A DNA stretch of 64,000 bases, from NCBI GenBank assembly GCA_963665125.2, contig CAXXUK010000001.1, positions 1,088,001 through 1,152,000 on the forward strand. The letters run 5' to 3'. This document shows positions 48,604-59,416 of this stretch, piece after piece. How positions within the stretch are numbered: position 1 is the stretch's first letter; each line of letters opens with the position of its first letter. The notes below the pieces were generated by a model. That model was not told the DNA's origin, searched no databases, and saw only the letters and a program-made list of their open reading frames with translations. Source of the stretch: an uncultured Desulfarculus sp. (GTDB taxonomy: Bacteria; Desulfobacterota; Desulfarculia; Desulfarculales; Desulfarculaceae). A program made the translations under genes and the position numbers.

Positions 48604-49794
48604 ATGAAAGAAGCCGTGATCGTCGCGGCCTGCAGGACCGCCGTCGGGCGCGCCCCCAGGGGCACCCTGCGCCTTACCAGGCCCGAATACTTGGGTACCG
48701 AGGTGGTCAAGGAAGTCATCAAACGGACCCCCGGTCTGGATCCCATCGATATCGATGACGTGGTGATGGGCTGCTCCTTCCCCGAAGCCGAGCAGGGCAT
48801 GAACATGGCCCGCGTTCTGATCCAGAAGGCCGGTCTGCCGGATGACATCTCCGGTATCACCATCAACCGTTTCTGCTCTTCCGGTCTCAACGCCATCTCC
48901 ATGGCCGCCGAGCGCATCATGGTCGGCGCCGCCGACTGCCTGATCGCCGGTGGTGTGGAGTCCATGAGCATCGTGCCCATGGGCGGCAACATCATGTCCG
49001 TCGAGCCCGATATCGCCTCCAGCCGCCCCTGGGACCTGGAAGGCATGGGCTTCACCGCTGAAAACGTCGCCAAGGACTTCGGCATCTCCCGTGAGGATCA
49101 GGACGCCTTCGCCGTCCAGTCCAACGCACGCGCCATCGCCGCCATCAAGGCCGGTAAGTTCAAGGACGAGATCCTGCCGGTCATGGCCGTCAAACAGCGC
49201 CAAAAGGCCGACGGCTCTTACGAGATCTATGAAGAGGTTTTCGACACGGACGAATGCCCCCGCGGCGGAACCGTCGAAGGCCTGGCCAAACTGCGCCCCG
49301 CCTTCATGATGGGCGGCTGCGTTACCGCGGGCAACTCCAGCCAGACCAGTGACGGCGCCGCAGCCGTTATGCTGATGTCCAAGGAAAAGGCCAAGGAAAT
49401 GGGCCTGAAGCCTCTAGCCACCTACCGCGGCTTCGCCGTGGGCGGCGTCCCGGGCAAGTACATGGGCATCGGCCCGGTGAAGGCCATCCCCAAGGTCATG
49501 AAGCAACTGGGCATGACCCTGGACCAGATGGATCTCATCGAGCTCAACGAGGCCTTCGCTTCCCAGGCCCTCTATTGCATGCGCGAGCTGGATCTGTTGG
49601 GCCGTCAGGACGTGATTAACGTCAACGGCGGCGCCATCGCCCTGGGCCACCCCCTGGGCTGCACCGGCGCCAAGCTGACCACCCAGCTGGTTTACGAGAT
49701 GTCCCGTCGCGACAACTGCCGCTTCGGCCTGGTCTCCATGTGCATCGGCTTGGGCATGGGCGCTGCCGGCGTCTTCGAGAAAGAAGACTACTAG
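48604..49794 (+). CDS. fadA: Acetyl-CoA C-acyltransferase (thiolase)
   Basis: [30 protein letters not shown]. Confidence 0.93.
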   Translation: MKEAVIVAACRTAVGRAPRGTLRLTRPEYLGTEVVKEVIKRTPGLDPIDIDDVVMGCSFPEAEQGMNMARVLIQKAGLPDDISGITINRFCSSGLNAISMAAERIMVGAADCLIAGGVESMSIVPMGGNIMSVEPDIASSRPWDLEGMGFTAENVAKDFGISREDQDAFAVQSNARAIAAIKAGKFKDEILPVMAVKQRQKADGSYEIYEEVFDTDECPRGGTVEGLAKLRPAFMMGGCVTAGNSSQTSDGAAAVMLMSKEKAKEMGLKPLATYRGFAVGGVPGKYMGIGPVKAIPKVMKQLGMTLDQMDLIELNEAFASQALYCMRELDLLGRQDVINVNGGAIALGHPLGCTGAKLTTQLVYEMSRRDNCRFGLVSMCIGLGMGAAGVFEKEDY

Positions 49795-49905
49795 CCAAAA
49801 CGCCACCGGGTTTAGGGAGGGTCCTTGAGGCCCTCCCCGCCCGGACCAATACATGGGCGGAAGCGGTTTTCACCGCCCGCCCATCTTTATTTAGGGGGCC
49901 ACGAC

Positions 49906-50643
49906 ATGAGTGTCATAGAAAAACTACGCGAAAAGCTTGGCGATGCCGTTTCAAACCGGGACATCCTCCACCAAAGGGTGGATGTAACTCTAACCCCCCT
50001 GACCACTGAACAGGCCATCGGTACACCCGAGCGCCAGGACTTTCCGATTCAAAAAGGCAAGGAAAAGGTCATCGAAGCCCGGTTCAATGGTTTTGCCGGT
50101 CAGGCCTTCAGCGACGAACTGGTGCCTCATAGCTGTACGGTGGCCCAGTTGCTGGAAATGGATTTGTCGTCAAAGGCCAATCAGGCAGCTTTCACAGCCG
50201 CCGCGAACGCCGTTACCCGCAGTTTGGCGTTATGCGACGGTACGGTCCATTGCCGGGACAAGGAACCCAAGATGTGTGCCGAACGCCTGCCTGAGTTTGT
50301 AAAACAAAATTATCCCCATGCAAAAGCCATTGCTCTGGTCGGTTTGCAGCCGGCAATGGCCCAGTCCCTATCCGATGCGGGATACGAGTTGACGATTTTC
50401 GACCGGGACCCGGACAACATAGGAAAAGAGAAGTTCGGCGCCACAATATTGGATGGTGCTGAAGAAGCTAAATACCTGCCATCCTTTGATCTTATTTTGG
50501 CCACCGGTTCCACGCTGGCCAATGGTAGTATAGACCAGGTCCTCCATGATGCGGGCGATGTGGAAATCATGTTTTTCGGAATAACCATAGCCGGAGCTGC
50601 CGCCCTTCTCGGCATGAAACGGTATTGTCCCTTTGGGTCGTAA
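49906..50643 (+). CDS. DUF364 / Rossmann-like domain protein
   Basis: AIGTPERQDFP, GQAFSD, IALVG.QP, LATGSTLANGSI. Confidence 0.7.
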   Translation: MSVIEKLREKLGDAVSNRDILHQRVDVTLTPLTTEQAIGTPERQDFPIQKGKEKVIEARFNGFAGQAFSDELVPHSCTVAQLLEMDLSSKANQAAFTAAANAVTRSLALCDGTVHCRDKEPKMCAERLPEFVKQNYPHAKAIALVGLQPAMAQSLSDAGYELTIFDRDPDNIGKEKFGATILDGAEEAKYLPSFDLILATGSTLANGSIDQVLHDAGDVEIMFFGITIAGAAALLGMKRYCPFGS

Positions 50644-50669
50644 AAAAATAAAAAAAACGAAAAAATAAT

Positions 50670-50697
50670 TAAAGTTTAAGGAAACAACAGCCGATAA
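50670..50697 (+). promoter_or_regulatory. Sigma-28 (FliA) promoter
   Basis: TAAAGTTT-N12-GCCGATAA. Confidence 0.72.
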
Positions 50698-50752
50698 GCG
50701 GTATAGGAGAAGTAAAACAACGAGCCTGCCCAAAACAAATATAGGCTTTTAA

Positions 50753-51094
50753 GTGATTGAATTTAATTCAAATATAAGGCTGATCGATTTTGCAGCCGGC
50801 AAGCGTGGCACTCAGAAGACCGAAAAGCGCCAAGAGCCGGAAATTTCGCCTACAGCGGACGCAACCAGCGTAACAAACACTGATTGCACCCTCTGTGACC
50901 GGGTCGTCTTGCAGTTCCCCAAGGGCCGCGGCATTGATTACACCGGAGAAGTGCCTACCCGCGAAGAGGCGAATTACGCCCTTGAAAGCCTTGTCAGAGA
51001 TCTTACAGGCTCCCGCCAGGATTTGGGTCAGGTCCACGAATTCGCCGATAGGCGCCGCGTGATGGCCCTGCTCTCGCCCCTTGTGGAGGATTAA
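50753..51094 (+). CDS. Hypothetical protein, probably sigma-28 dependent
   Basis: 113-aa ORF downstream of the FliA-type promoter. Confidence 0.6.
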   Translation: MIEFNSNIRLIDFAAGKRGTQKTEKRQEPEISPTADATSVTNTDCTLCDRVVLQFPKGRGIDYTGEVPTREEANYALESLVRDLTGSRQDLGQVHEFADRRRVMALLSPLVED

Positions 51095-51183
51095 AATCCT
51101 TTTCAGGTAAGTTCACCTTATGCCCGCGCGTCATCCATGGTATAAAATGAGTAAGGATCTTACCCCAACCGGGTTTTATAGCC

Positions 51184-51900
51184 ATGTTTGTCAATGGTCT
51201 GCTAGCAAGCCTTTCCGGAATGAAAGCCGCCACTCGGCGGGTAAATAATAGCGCCAATAACCTGGCCAATGTTTCCACCACAGGCTATACGCCGACAAGG
51301 GTGAACCTGGCGGACACCTCAACCGGCGGCACTACCGTCACCGGCACCACCCTCATGCAGTCCGGCCCGGTTGTATCCACGGGGCGCCCCATGGATCTGG
51401 CCATTGATGGCGGCGGTTTTTTCGTGGTGCGCAACGGCCAGGGCGGCGAATTCTACACCCGGGCCGGTAATTTCTCTTTCGACGACCAGGGTCGGCTGGT
51501 GGACACCAGCGGCAGGGCCGTTGCCGGCGGCTTGGAAATGCCCCAGAACGCCGCCCAGGTGGAGGTTACGCCCGAAGGACGCATGACGGCCATGGACGCG
51601 GACGGAAATGTATTGGCCGACAGCCAATTACAGACCGCGGTTTTTGCCAATCCCGGCGGACTGGAACCTATCGGCGGCAATGCATTCCGCCAGACCGCCG
51701 CCTCTGGGCCGCCTGTTCTGGACGATCCCGGTGCAGCCGGGCACGGCGTGATAACATCGGGAGCGTTGCAGGCCTCGGGTACGGACATCGGCACGGAGAT
51801 GGTTAATTTGATCATCGGTCAGCGCTCGTTCGAGGCCAACGTCAAGGCCGTACAGACCCATGATGAAATTACCAGCACCGTATTAGACATAGTGGCCTGA
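51184..51900 (+). CDS. Flagellar hook-basal body rod protein (FlgF/FlgG family)
   Basis: ANNLANVSTTGY, DLAIDGGGFF, YTRAGNF, EMVNLIIGQRSFEANVK. Confidence 0.88.
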   Translation: MFVNGLLASLSGMKAATRRVNNSANNLANVSTTGYTPTRVNLADTSTGGTTVTGTTLMQSGPVVSTGRPMDLAIDGGGFFVVRNGQGGEFYTRAGNFSFDDQGRLVDTSGRAVAGGLEMPQNAAQVEVTPEGRMTAMDADGNVLADSQLQTAVFANPGGLEPIGGNAFRQTAASGPPVLDDPGAAGHGVITSGALQASGTDIGTEMVNLIIGQRSFEANVKAVQTHDEITSTVLDIVA

Positions 51901-51965
51901 TATTTTGCTTTGCTTCGGCATCGGCAGCTTCTAGAATGGCTGTATCGTAAAAGGAGGAATACACG

Positions 51966-52274
51966 ATGCAAATAAAGACCTTGCTGTCAATCCTGCTGCT
52001 GATGGCGGTGTTGTTCCTGGCCGCGCCGGCTCCGGCAATGGCCCAGGCCGCCCAGGTCAAGGCATTCAATGATTCGGCCTGGTACTGCCCTCCTCCGCGC
52101 TTTCAGATATTCGACGCTCCCAAGCCCTATGGCGGACTGATGATGGTCGACACTCAGACCGGTCAGTCTTGGCAAAGGATCAAGGTGAACACCCCCAAGG
52201 GCATCAGGGTCCGTTGGATCAAGGTGCCCATGGTCGACGAAATCCCCGACGGCCAGACCATCCTTTGGGACTAG
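51966..52274 (+). CDS. Small secreted hypothetical protein
   Basis: AGGAGG RBS; signal peptide ending AMA. Confidence 0.72.
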   Translation: MQIKTLLSILLLMAVLFLAAPAPAMAQAAQVKAFNDSAWYCPPPRFQIFDAPKPYGGLMMVDTQTGQSWQRIKVNTPKGIRVRWIKVPMVDEIPDGQTILWD

Positions 52275-52288
52275 TCTGAATTATTCGT

Positions 52289-52331
52289 AAAATCAGCGCC
52301 CCGCCGGATTCCGGCGGGGCGCTGATTTTTT
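52289..52331. terminator. Bidirectional intrinsic terminator
   Basis: AAAATCAGCGCCCCGCCGGA / TCCGGCGGGGCGCTGATTTT between convergent genes. Confidence 0.85.
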
Positions 52332-52347
52332 AGTGCGTGATTTGGCC

Positions 52348-53994
52348 TTAGTCCTTCAGGGCCCGGCGCAGGAGTTTGCCGGTGCCCAGGGTGGGCAACA
52401 CATCACGGAATTCAACGTACTTGGGCACCTTATAGGCCGACATCTTTTCCTTGGCCCAGGCGATGACCGATTCCTGCGTGGCGTCCGAACCGGGGCTCAT
52501 CACCAGGAAGGCCTTGACCACCTCACCCTTTTGGGCATCAGACACGCCGATGACCGCCGACTGAACCACGCCGGGGTACTTGTTGAGCAGCAGCTCGACC
52601 TCTTCGGGGAATACCGAGAAGCCGGAGACCTTGATCATTTCCTTGACCCGGCCCAGCAGGAACAGATAGCCGTCTTCGTCGAACTTGCCGATGTCGCCGG
52701 TGTATACCCAGCCGTCGCGCAGGGTGTCGGCCGTCTCTTCGGGCCTGTTCCAGTAGCCCTTGAAGCTGGCCGGGTTGCGCAGCACGATTTCGCCTTGCTC
52801 GCCGATGGGCATTTCCTTGTCCCTGTCCTGCAGGTCGACGATCTTGAATTCCTCCTCGGGCATGGGAATGCCGCAACTGCCGTACTTGACCTTGTTGCGG
52901 GGCATGAACGTATCGGCGGTATGTGTTTCGCTGAGGCCGTAGGCGCCTTCAATGAGCACGCCGCCCTTACTGAAGGCCTCCCACTGTTTGGATATCTCCT
53001 CGGTGAGCTGGATGCCGAAAGAAGATGTCAGGCACAGCTTCAGGCTTGAGAAATCATATTTGGATGACGCCGGATGCTGCATCAGGCCGACGTTCATGGG
53101 CACCGCGCTATACCAGAAATTGACCTTGTACTGGTCAATGGCCGCCATCGTGGCCACCGGATCGAACTGGGTCATCAGAATCTGGGTGCCGCCGGCGAAA
53201 ATGGTGCTGTTGAGTCCGGCCACCATGCCCGCGATATGGAATATGGGCATATTAACCAGGTTGATCGTGTCCTTGTTCATCCGGGTGGCCAAGGCGACAC
53301 AGGCGGTCTTGAACAGGGCCGCATTATAGGTGAGCATGCAGCCTTTGGGCATACCCGTGGTTCCGCCGGTGTACTGGAACAGGGCTATATCTTTTTCGAT
53401 GTCGATATCGGCCTGGGGCGGCGTGTCGTCGCCGTTGGTGACGATGTCCAGCAGGTCGTCCACGCCGGGGATCGCCTGCTTGGGGATGGCCATGATATCA
53501 AGGGTGGGAATGGACGGTTCAGCGGGCAGGAAATCATTGAAGTTGGTGGCAACGACCTTGCGCAGTTTGGTTTTGGCCTGGGCGGCCTGGACAACCGGCA
53601 GAAGCAGGTCCAGGGAGACCAATACCTCGATTCCGGCGTCGTTAAGTTCGTATTCCAGCTCCATTTCCTTGAACAGCGGCGAACATGGACAAACGATGGC
53701 CCCGATCTTTTGGGTGCCGAAATGGGCTATGGCGTATTGCGGGCAGCTTCCCATGAAGATGCCGACCCGGTCGCCCTTGCCCACACCATTGGCCAATAGA
53801 TAATTGGCAAATCGGTCACTGGCCTTATCCAACTCGGCATAGCTGATTTCTTTGCCGTAATAGATGATGGCCGTTTTATCCGGAGTCTGTTTGGCCCGCA
53901 GGCGAAGATATTCGTGAACCGGTTTTTTGCCGGCTTCGTAACTCAATTCTTTGGGAACGTCTTCGGGCCAGCTTTTTAACCACAATTTATCCAT
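52348..53994 (-). CDS. Long-chain fatty acid-CoA ligase (AMP-binding)
   Basis: YTGGTTGMPKG, YGLSET, YTGDIG, GRVKEMIK, TGKLL. Confidence 0.92.
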   Translation of the reverse strand: MDKLWLKSWPEDVPKELSYEAGKKPVHEYLRLRAKQTPDKTAIIYYGKEISYAELDKASDRFANYLLANGVGKGDRVGIFMGSCPQYAIAHFGTQKIGAIVCPCSPLFKEMELEYELNDAGIEVLVSLDLLLPVVQAAQAKTKLRKVVATNFNDFLPAEPSIPTLDIMAIPKQAIPGVDDLLDIVTNGDDTPPQADIDIEKDIALFQYTGGTTGMPKGCMLTYNAALFKTACVALATRMNKDTINLVNMPIFHIAGMVAGLNSTIFAGGTQILMTQFDPVATMAAIDQYKVNFWYSAVPMNVGLMQHPASSKYDFSSLKLCLTSSFGIQLTEEISKQWEAFSKGGVLIEGAYGLSETHTADTFMPRNKVKYGSCGIPMPEEEFKIVDLQDRDKEMPIGEQGEIVLRNPASFKGYWNRPEETADTLRDGWVYTGDIGKFDEDGYLFLLGRVKEMIKVSGFSVFPEEVELLLNKYPGVVQSAVIGVSDAQKGEVVKAFLVMSPGSDATQESVIAWAKEKMSAYKVPKYVEFRDVLPTLGTGKLLRRALKD

Positions 53995-54310
53995 TTTGCC
54001 CTTCTCCTTTGTCTTCGGCTTTTTTGATCTGACGTCATGAGGCCTTGAAAATCAGGCTGTCGCATGAAAGGTGATGGCCTAAGCATCCGCCACTCATGCT
54101 GCGCACATAATTTTCTGCTCAAATATCATAGGTGATATTTGCACGACGTTTGTACCAAGTCAAGGTATCTTTTGTACGGGCGTCCAAAACCAAGTTAGTG
54201 ACTAATAGCGGCATTATTCGCCACCAATGCGGCATAATATCCTGCCGATATTGATTATAAATTATGTGGTGTTAGCTTGAATTGCTAAGATACAAGATTA
54301 GATATTTGGG

Positions 54311-55024
54311 TCAGAGGCTGACGAACCGTTTTATCCAGGCCAAGGTGTGATCAAAGGCCTCGGCTTGATCGGCTGGGCTGCTTATACGGTGGTCCGCCCT
54401 GTTGATGATAAGCAGGTCCTTGGGTTCCCTGGCCAGTTGATGACCCCTTCGAGCCTGGGCCACGGGCACGACTTCGTCTTCAGAGCCATGGATGAAACAT
54501 GCGTTCCGCAGACGGCCCAGCAGCCCTTCCATGTCGTGGCGAACAATATCGCCGGGCATCAAGGGTAAATCAGGGGCGTCATCCTGGGACGAGATTCTCT
54601 TCATCAGATCGAAATAATCCCAAGGAGCCGACCAATGCACCGAGCATGCCGGGGGTATGACGTCAGCCGCCATTCCTGCGGCCGTCCCGCCCATGGACGA
54701 GCCGATATACACAAGGGGCGCATCGCCGGCGGGCAAGGCATCAACCGCCGCCAGGTATTCGTCCTTGCGGCTGGTCAAGGTGGTGTGGCGGATGTCGCCT
54801 GTGGAATCTCCGCAACCGGAGTGGTCGAACTGCAAAACGCAGCAGCCCGCCCGGCATAAAAACAGGGCCAAGCTGGTCAGTTTTTCGCTGGCCATGGAAG
54901 AAAACAAGCCATGGGCTATTATAACCCTGGCTTTGATTGTATTTTGGCAAGTATGCAGTTTTGCTGCTAGCTGATTGTCTTGCGTGGGAAAAGTGAGTGC
55001 CTTGGTCCGCACAAGACCGGTCAT
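54311..55024 (-). CDS. Alpha/beta hydrolase
   Basis: AHGL, DHSGCGDS, GSSMGG, IHGSEDEVVP, ADH. Confidence 0.85.
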   Translation of the reverse strand: MTGLVRTKALTFPTQDNQLAAKLHTCQNTIKARVIIAHGLFSSMASEKLTSLALFLCRAGCCVLQFDHSGCGDSTGDIRHTTLTSRKDEYLAAVDALPAGDAPLVYIGSSMGGTAAGMAADVIPPACSVHWSAPWDYFDLMKRISSQDDAPDLPLMPGDIVRHDMEGLLGRLRNACFIHGSEDEVVPVAQARRGHQLAREPKDLLIINRADHRISSPADQAEAFDHTLAWIKRFVSL

Positions 55025-55297
55025 TTAATGCAGCATCCCCTCAAGAGGCTGGTCGTCTTGGCCAAGCTTTATATCTTCATGAGCCCGGAGCAGATAGCCG
55101 ATTATCATTAAACTGGTTTGAAACCTGCTTGGATCCATATCACCCTTTTCAATTCGTCCACCGAACTTGTTGAAAACTTCCACAAGATCCGCGCTCATTT
55201 CTTCTTCGATCATACCAGTTATGAAATCGGTCGACCCGTCGCCCAGCTTTTGGAAGAATTCCGCTGCCAATCGGCACTTAGTCATGGACTTCTCCAT
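55025..55297 (-). CDS. Hypothetical protein
   Basis: About 90 aa; abuts the hydrolase start (TAA ATG). Confidence 0.6.
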   Translation of the reverse strand: MEKSMTKCRLAAEFFQKLGDGSTDFITGMIEEEMSADLVEVFNKFGGRIEKGDMDPSRFQTSLMIIGYLLRAHEDIKLGQDDQPLEGMLH

Positions 55298-55387
55298 TCA
55301 GGTTTTTATCAAGCAGGGGCATATATTTAAAGAGTACCTTTGTCAAAGAAGGAGTGCAAGAGGACAACGCCATACAGTGCGGATAAC

Positions 55388-56365
55388 TTAGCTGGCCTGT
55401 TCCTTGTATTTTGTCAGGCTGGAAATGCTCATTCCCGTTTGCCGGAGGTAATACAGACCGACAATGGTGGTGGGGACGAAATGGGTCAACCACAGCATCA
55501 TGGCGTAACTGCCGGCCACGCTGTCGCTGATCCCAAAGCCGACCAGGCACATCTGGGCGCCCAGGTGGAACGTGCCCACAAAGCCCGGGGCCGCCGGAAT
55601 GACCAGGGCCAGAGCCAGGACTACCTCAATAAATATGGCATTGATGAGACCTAGGTGTATGGAAAAGGCGGGCATCAGCAGCCAGGCCCAAACGGTCAGG
55701 TTGGCCCACAGGGCAATGGAAAGAACGCCCACCATCAACAGATCCTTGGCGCTTGAAATTGCCAGGCCTTGGGCAAAAGCCTCGGTGGTGTTGAGAATTT
55801 TTTTAGACCATTTATGGGGCAGCGGCCTTAGCAGCAGGGCCAATACCTTCAGGCTGCGCTCCTTTTGCCAGCGGAAGGCCTGTAACACAACCAAAACGCC
55901 GCCGAAAAACGCCAGTCCGGCCCAACCTCCCAGACGCAGCCAGTCCGGCACGTCCATGAAGAAGACCACGATCAACAGCATCAGCAGAATGGTAAGCCCG
56001 TCGTAAACCCGTTCCATTACAATGGTGGCCATTGATGCGGAAATGCTGATCTTTTCGCTTCGACCGATGACCACGGCCCTAACGATCTCGCCCAAGTGGG
56101 CCGGCAGGATGTTGTTGGCCAGATAGCCTAGCATCACCGCGGAAAACAGCGGCTTGAACGGGATGTCGCCTACCGGTTTTATCAGGTATTTCCACCTGTA
56201 GGCCCTGATTGCGTAGTTGAACAGATAAATAGCGATAACCGGTATCAGATACCAGGCCTTCATATGGGCAAAGGCGGCCAACATCTGGTCCGGCGGGGCT
56301 TGGGTAAAGAATATCCACAGGGCGGCAATACTGAACAAAATGCCGATAATGTAATATTTCCACAT
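55388..56365 (-). CDS. Lysylphosphatidylglycerol synthase TM / UPF0104 flippase-like protein
   Basis: RAYRW, NNILPAHLGEIVR, ERVYD, PAAPGFVG; many TMs. Confidence 0.85.
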   Translation of the reverse strand: MWKYYIIGILFSIAALWIFFTQAPPDQMLAAFAHMKAWYLIPVIAIYLFNYAIRAYRWKYLIKPVGDIPFKPLFSAVMLGYLANNILPAHLGEIVRAVVIGRSEKISISASMATIVMERVYDGLTILLMLLIVVFFMDVPDWLRLGGWAGLAFFGGVLVVLQAFRWQKERSLKVLALLLRPLPHKWSKKILNTTEAFAQGLAISSAKDLLMVGVLSIALWANLTVWAWLLMPAFSIHLGLINAIFIEVVLALALVIPAAPGFVGTFHLGAQMCLVGFGISDSVAGSYAMMLWLTHFVPTTIVGLYYLRQTGMSISSLTKYKEQAS

Positions 56366-56385
56366 AAATATATGTATCCGTCCAA

Positions 56386-57162
56386 TTAGCTGGACAGCCT
56401 AAGGCGAATCAAGGTTTTCAAGGCCTTGATCCCGTCGCTCCAGCGTATTTTCTTTCCTTGCCAGGCCCGCCTGCCCTGGTAGCTGATGGGAACTTCGACT
56501 ATGTCGTGGCCCTTGCGGGCGATTTTGGCGGTAATTTCCGGTTCGATGTCAAAGCCGCTGCTATGCAATTGGATTTCAGCCAAAACATCGCGTGTGAACA
56601 CCTTGTAACACGTTTCCATGTCCGTGAGGCGGGTTCCGAGCAAAAAATTGGCCGCCATGGTCAATATTTTATTGGCCAGCCATAGATAGACCCTGGTCGG
56701 CCTGCCCTGCAGAAACCTCGATCCGTAAACAACTTTACACCTGCCTGCCAGGATCGGCTCCAACATGGCGTCGTAATCGGCCGGGTCATACTCCAAGTCG
56801 GCATCCTGGATCAGGACAATATCACCGGTGGAAACGGCGAAACCCGAACGCAGGGCCGCCCCCTTGCCCTGGTTGCTTTGGTGCCGGATGGCAATTATGA
56901 GTGCGCCAAAGCCGCCGTCAAAGCCTTCCACGGCCGCTTTCCCCTGGAGGGAGCTGATTATTTCCCCGCTGCCGTCATCCGAGCAATCATCAACGATGAT
57001 GAGACGCTTGGGCAGACCCGCCGCATGGGCCTGTTGCACCCTTCCCAGGATTTGCAGCAGAAATTCCCGCTCATTATAAACGGGCATTATTATATCCAGA
57101 ATCAACGGCAGGCCTTCCACTGGCGTTTGTTGTCGGTTAAAAACACATTGATTTGAGCCCAT
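56386..57162 (-). CDS. GT2 glycosyltransferase (polyprenol-phosphate glycosyltransferase-like); start uncertain
   Basis: [37 protein letters not shown]. Confidence 0.88.
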   Translation of the reverse strand: MGSNQCVFNRQQTPVEGLPLILDIIMPVYNEREFLLQILGRVQQAHAAGLPKRLIIVDDCSDDGSGEIISSLQGKAAVEGFDGGFGALIIAIRHQSNQGKGAALRSGFAVSTGDIVLIQDADLEYDPADYDAMLEPILAGRCKVVYGSRFLQGRPTRVYLWLANKILTMAANFLLGTRLTDMETCYKVFTRDVLAEIQLHSSGFDIEPEITAKIARKGHDIVEVPISYQGRRAWQGKKIRWSDGIKALKTLIRLRLSS

Positions 57163-57267
57163 ATCAACTGCATGTCAAGCTTTTGTTTGAATTTTCCAAT
57201 AACATCACGGTATTCCAATGCGGTGTTGATCGGACGTGCCTTGCATTGATATCATCTAACCCAACAG

Positions 57268-57669
57268 TTGACGGAGGATGATTTGAGCGAACACGAAAAT
57301 GGCACTGAAGATTTGGCTGCCCTATTTTTTAGTGACGCCGATCCCGATGACCCAAAGGCCTTGCTGAACCAGGCTCAGTTCGCCCTGTTGGAAGGGGATT
57401 TGGAAAAGGCCGCGGGGTTGTTTGAAAAAGCCATTGCCGCCGGTAAGGAGGACCCCGGCACCCTGTTGGATGCCGCCAAGGTTTACATGTCCCTGGAAAG
57501 GCCTGAAACGGCCATTGAGCGGCTGCAAATGGCCCTGCCCAAGGCCGAGGACCATTTGCAGGGCCGCAGCATCCACCTGGCCCTTAGCCGGGCCTATGAG
57601 GCCGTGGGCGATGAAGCCAAGGCCAAAGAACATTACCGGTCGTTCCAGGACGCCCTCACCGACTTGTAA
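57268..57669 (+). CDS. TPR protein
   Basis: Three TPR-like helical repeats. Confidence 0.7.
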   Translation: MTEDDLSEHENGTEDLAALFFSDADPDDPKALLNQAQFALLEGDLEKAAGLFEKAIAAGKEDPGTLLDAAKVYMSLERPETAIERLQMALPKAEDHLQGRSIHLALSRAYEAVGDEAKAKEHYRSFQDALTDL

Positions 57670-57700
57670 TGCACCGCATCACGGTTTTGCATAAACAATA

Positions 57701-58423
57701 ATGACCAGAGTATTGATAATCTGCCTGGCCGGATATCCGGGCCCAAACCAGGAATGGACCCACTTGGGTGCACCTGAATCGGCATGCGGCGCCTCTGAAT
57801 TGGGTGTTGCCAATGCCGAGGGCGGAGCATTTTGGCGGGAACTGGTTTCCGTGCCGGAATGCAGGGACATTAGCCCCAGGCTGGGGCTGGTCAGCTACCC
57901 GGCTGAGTTGCCGGGATGTTTGCAACCCAAGGTTCTGGTGCCCTGCTCCCTCCACGGCAATCCAAACCAGTGCGCCCTTCCGCCCGAGCTTCGCGGCGAC
58001 CTTGGCGATTTCGATGACGGCTGTACAGGCACGATCCGCGTAAAATCACATAAAGATCCGGAACAGATTTTCGCTGAACAGGCCGCCGCCGCCCGCATCG
58101 TCCGCGAGCATACCCTGCGCCTGGCCCTGAAGTACAGACCGGAGGTCCTGGCCGTGGGATTCAACGGCCTGGCCGTGATCAAACGGACCAAGGGCATGCC
58201 CATGGGCTTTGATAGCTTTTATGCCGCTCAGATCGCTGCCCACGCCAGGGCCATGGCCTCGCAGCTGGGCCTGGATAAGCTGTTCTTCATCACCGAAGGT
58301 TTGGGCTCCAAGCCACCCATGGCCGTGTTATGCTCTGGCAACCATCAAAATGTCATGCGGGCAGAAGCCATTTCAGCCGGCGAATTCTGGCGGCTTGCCG
58401 CTGTGTTGGCGACGGATGGATGA
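57701..58423 (+). CDS. Hypothetical protein, possibly degenerate alkaline phosphatase / NPP-like
   Basis: N-terminus RVLIICLAG resembles the VLxIxxDG strand without its Asp. Confidence 0.45.
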   Translation: MTRVLIICLAGYPGPNQEWTHLGAPESACGASELGVANAEGGAFWRELVSVPECRDISPRLGLVSYPAELPGCLQPKVLVPCSLHGNPNQCALPPELRGDLGDFDDGCTGTIRVKSHKDPEQIFAEQAAAARIVREHTLRLALKYRPEVLAVGFNGLAVIKRTKGMPMGFDSFYAAQIAAHARAMASQLGLDKLFFITEGLGSKPPMAVLCSGNHQNVMRAEAISAGEFWRLAAVLATDG

Positions 58424-59321
58424 AGTGAAACAGACCCATATCAACATGATCGTCTGCCTGGCGGACGGACAAAACGCGGAAGCGGCCAAGGCGGCCCGCG
58501 TTGCCGAGGATATCGACGGCGCATGTTCGGTCGTCGAAATACGGGCCGGCGGCGGTCAAATCGCCTCATTAAAGGCCTTGGAGCCCGATTCCGCCGTGTT
58601 GCTGCTATCGCCGGGCGCGGCGCCCGATAAACGGACCATTGCCGCGGCGCGAGACGTGATCCAACAAAAAGGCTACGCGGCCATCCTGGGCTCGGCCATG
58701 CACGACGGCGGGGATTCGTTTTCCCGGCTGGCCGATATTGATCTTGCCCTACGCCACCAACAAATCGCCCAAAGGGAAAACCTGCCCGTCGATCCATCGT
58801 GCGCCGTGTTCACCCCCGAGGCCTTTAGGCTGGTTTCCAGAGGCGGCGATGTATGCGGTCTTGACAATGTCCACGAACTTGCCTGCGCCCTTTGGGCCAT
58901 GGGCCACGAAGTCGGCTTTGCCCCCGCTTTGCGGGCCCGATGCAAGGCGCCTGGAAATTGGCGGGAGACTGCCTCCTGTTTCGTGGGCCAGGGCGAGCAA
59001 TTCGCCAGACGCCTGGCCGGAGTCGGCGGCATGGATCTGGAGAAAAGGCCCTGGTTGCCCGGAGCCGCCTGGGAGGCCTTGCTCATGCTGGCCGCAGCAG
59101 GGTTCGCGGGGTTCGCCTTATTTCACGACACCGCGGGAAACCTGATCCGCGCCCTGATCTGCCTATTGCTCCTCTATCCCGTAAACCGCCGTTTCCTCAA
59201 ACAGGTTTCGGAAACCGCCCCTGAGTTAATGAACAAGGCCCTGCTGTATTGTCTGCTACGCGCGCCCTGCCGCACCGGCGGTCTGCTCAAATCAGCTTTT
59301 CTGCGCCTGATTGGCTCATAA
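58416..59321 (+). CDS. Degenerate GT2-like membrane protein
   Basis: GT2-like C-terminal half (ELACALWAMGHEVGFAP) plus TMs; no DxD; overlaps the upstream stop. Confidence 0.5.
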   Translation: MDEVKQTHINMIVCLADGQNAEAAKAARVAEDIDGACSVVEIRAGGGQIASLKALEPDSAVLLLSPGAAPDKRTIAAARDVIQQKGYAAILGSAMHDGGDSFSRLADIDLALRHQQIAQRENLPVDPSCAVFTPEAFRLVSRGGDVCGLDNVHELACALWAMGHEVGFAPALRARCKAPGNWRETASCFVGQGEQFARRLAGVGGMDLEKRPWLPGAAWEALLMLAAAGFAGFALFHDTAGNLIRALICLLLLYPVNRRFLKQVSETAPELMNKALLYCLLRAPCRTGGLLKSAFLRLIGS

Positions 59322-59416
59322 TTCCCCAGACTTGGCGAAAAAGTTGCCAAAACCCTCACTTGGGCCTTATAGTTCCATACTGGGCACACATTTGCGGCAT
59401 AAATTGTCAAAAATGA

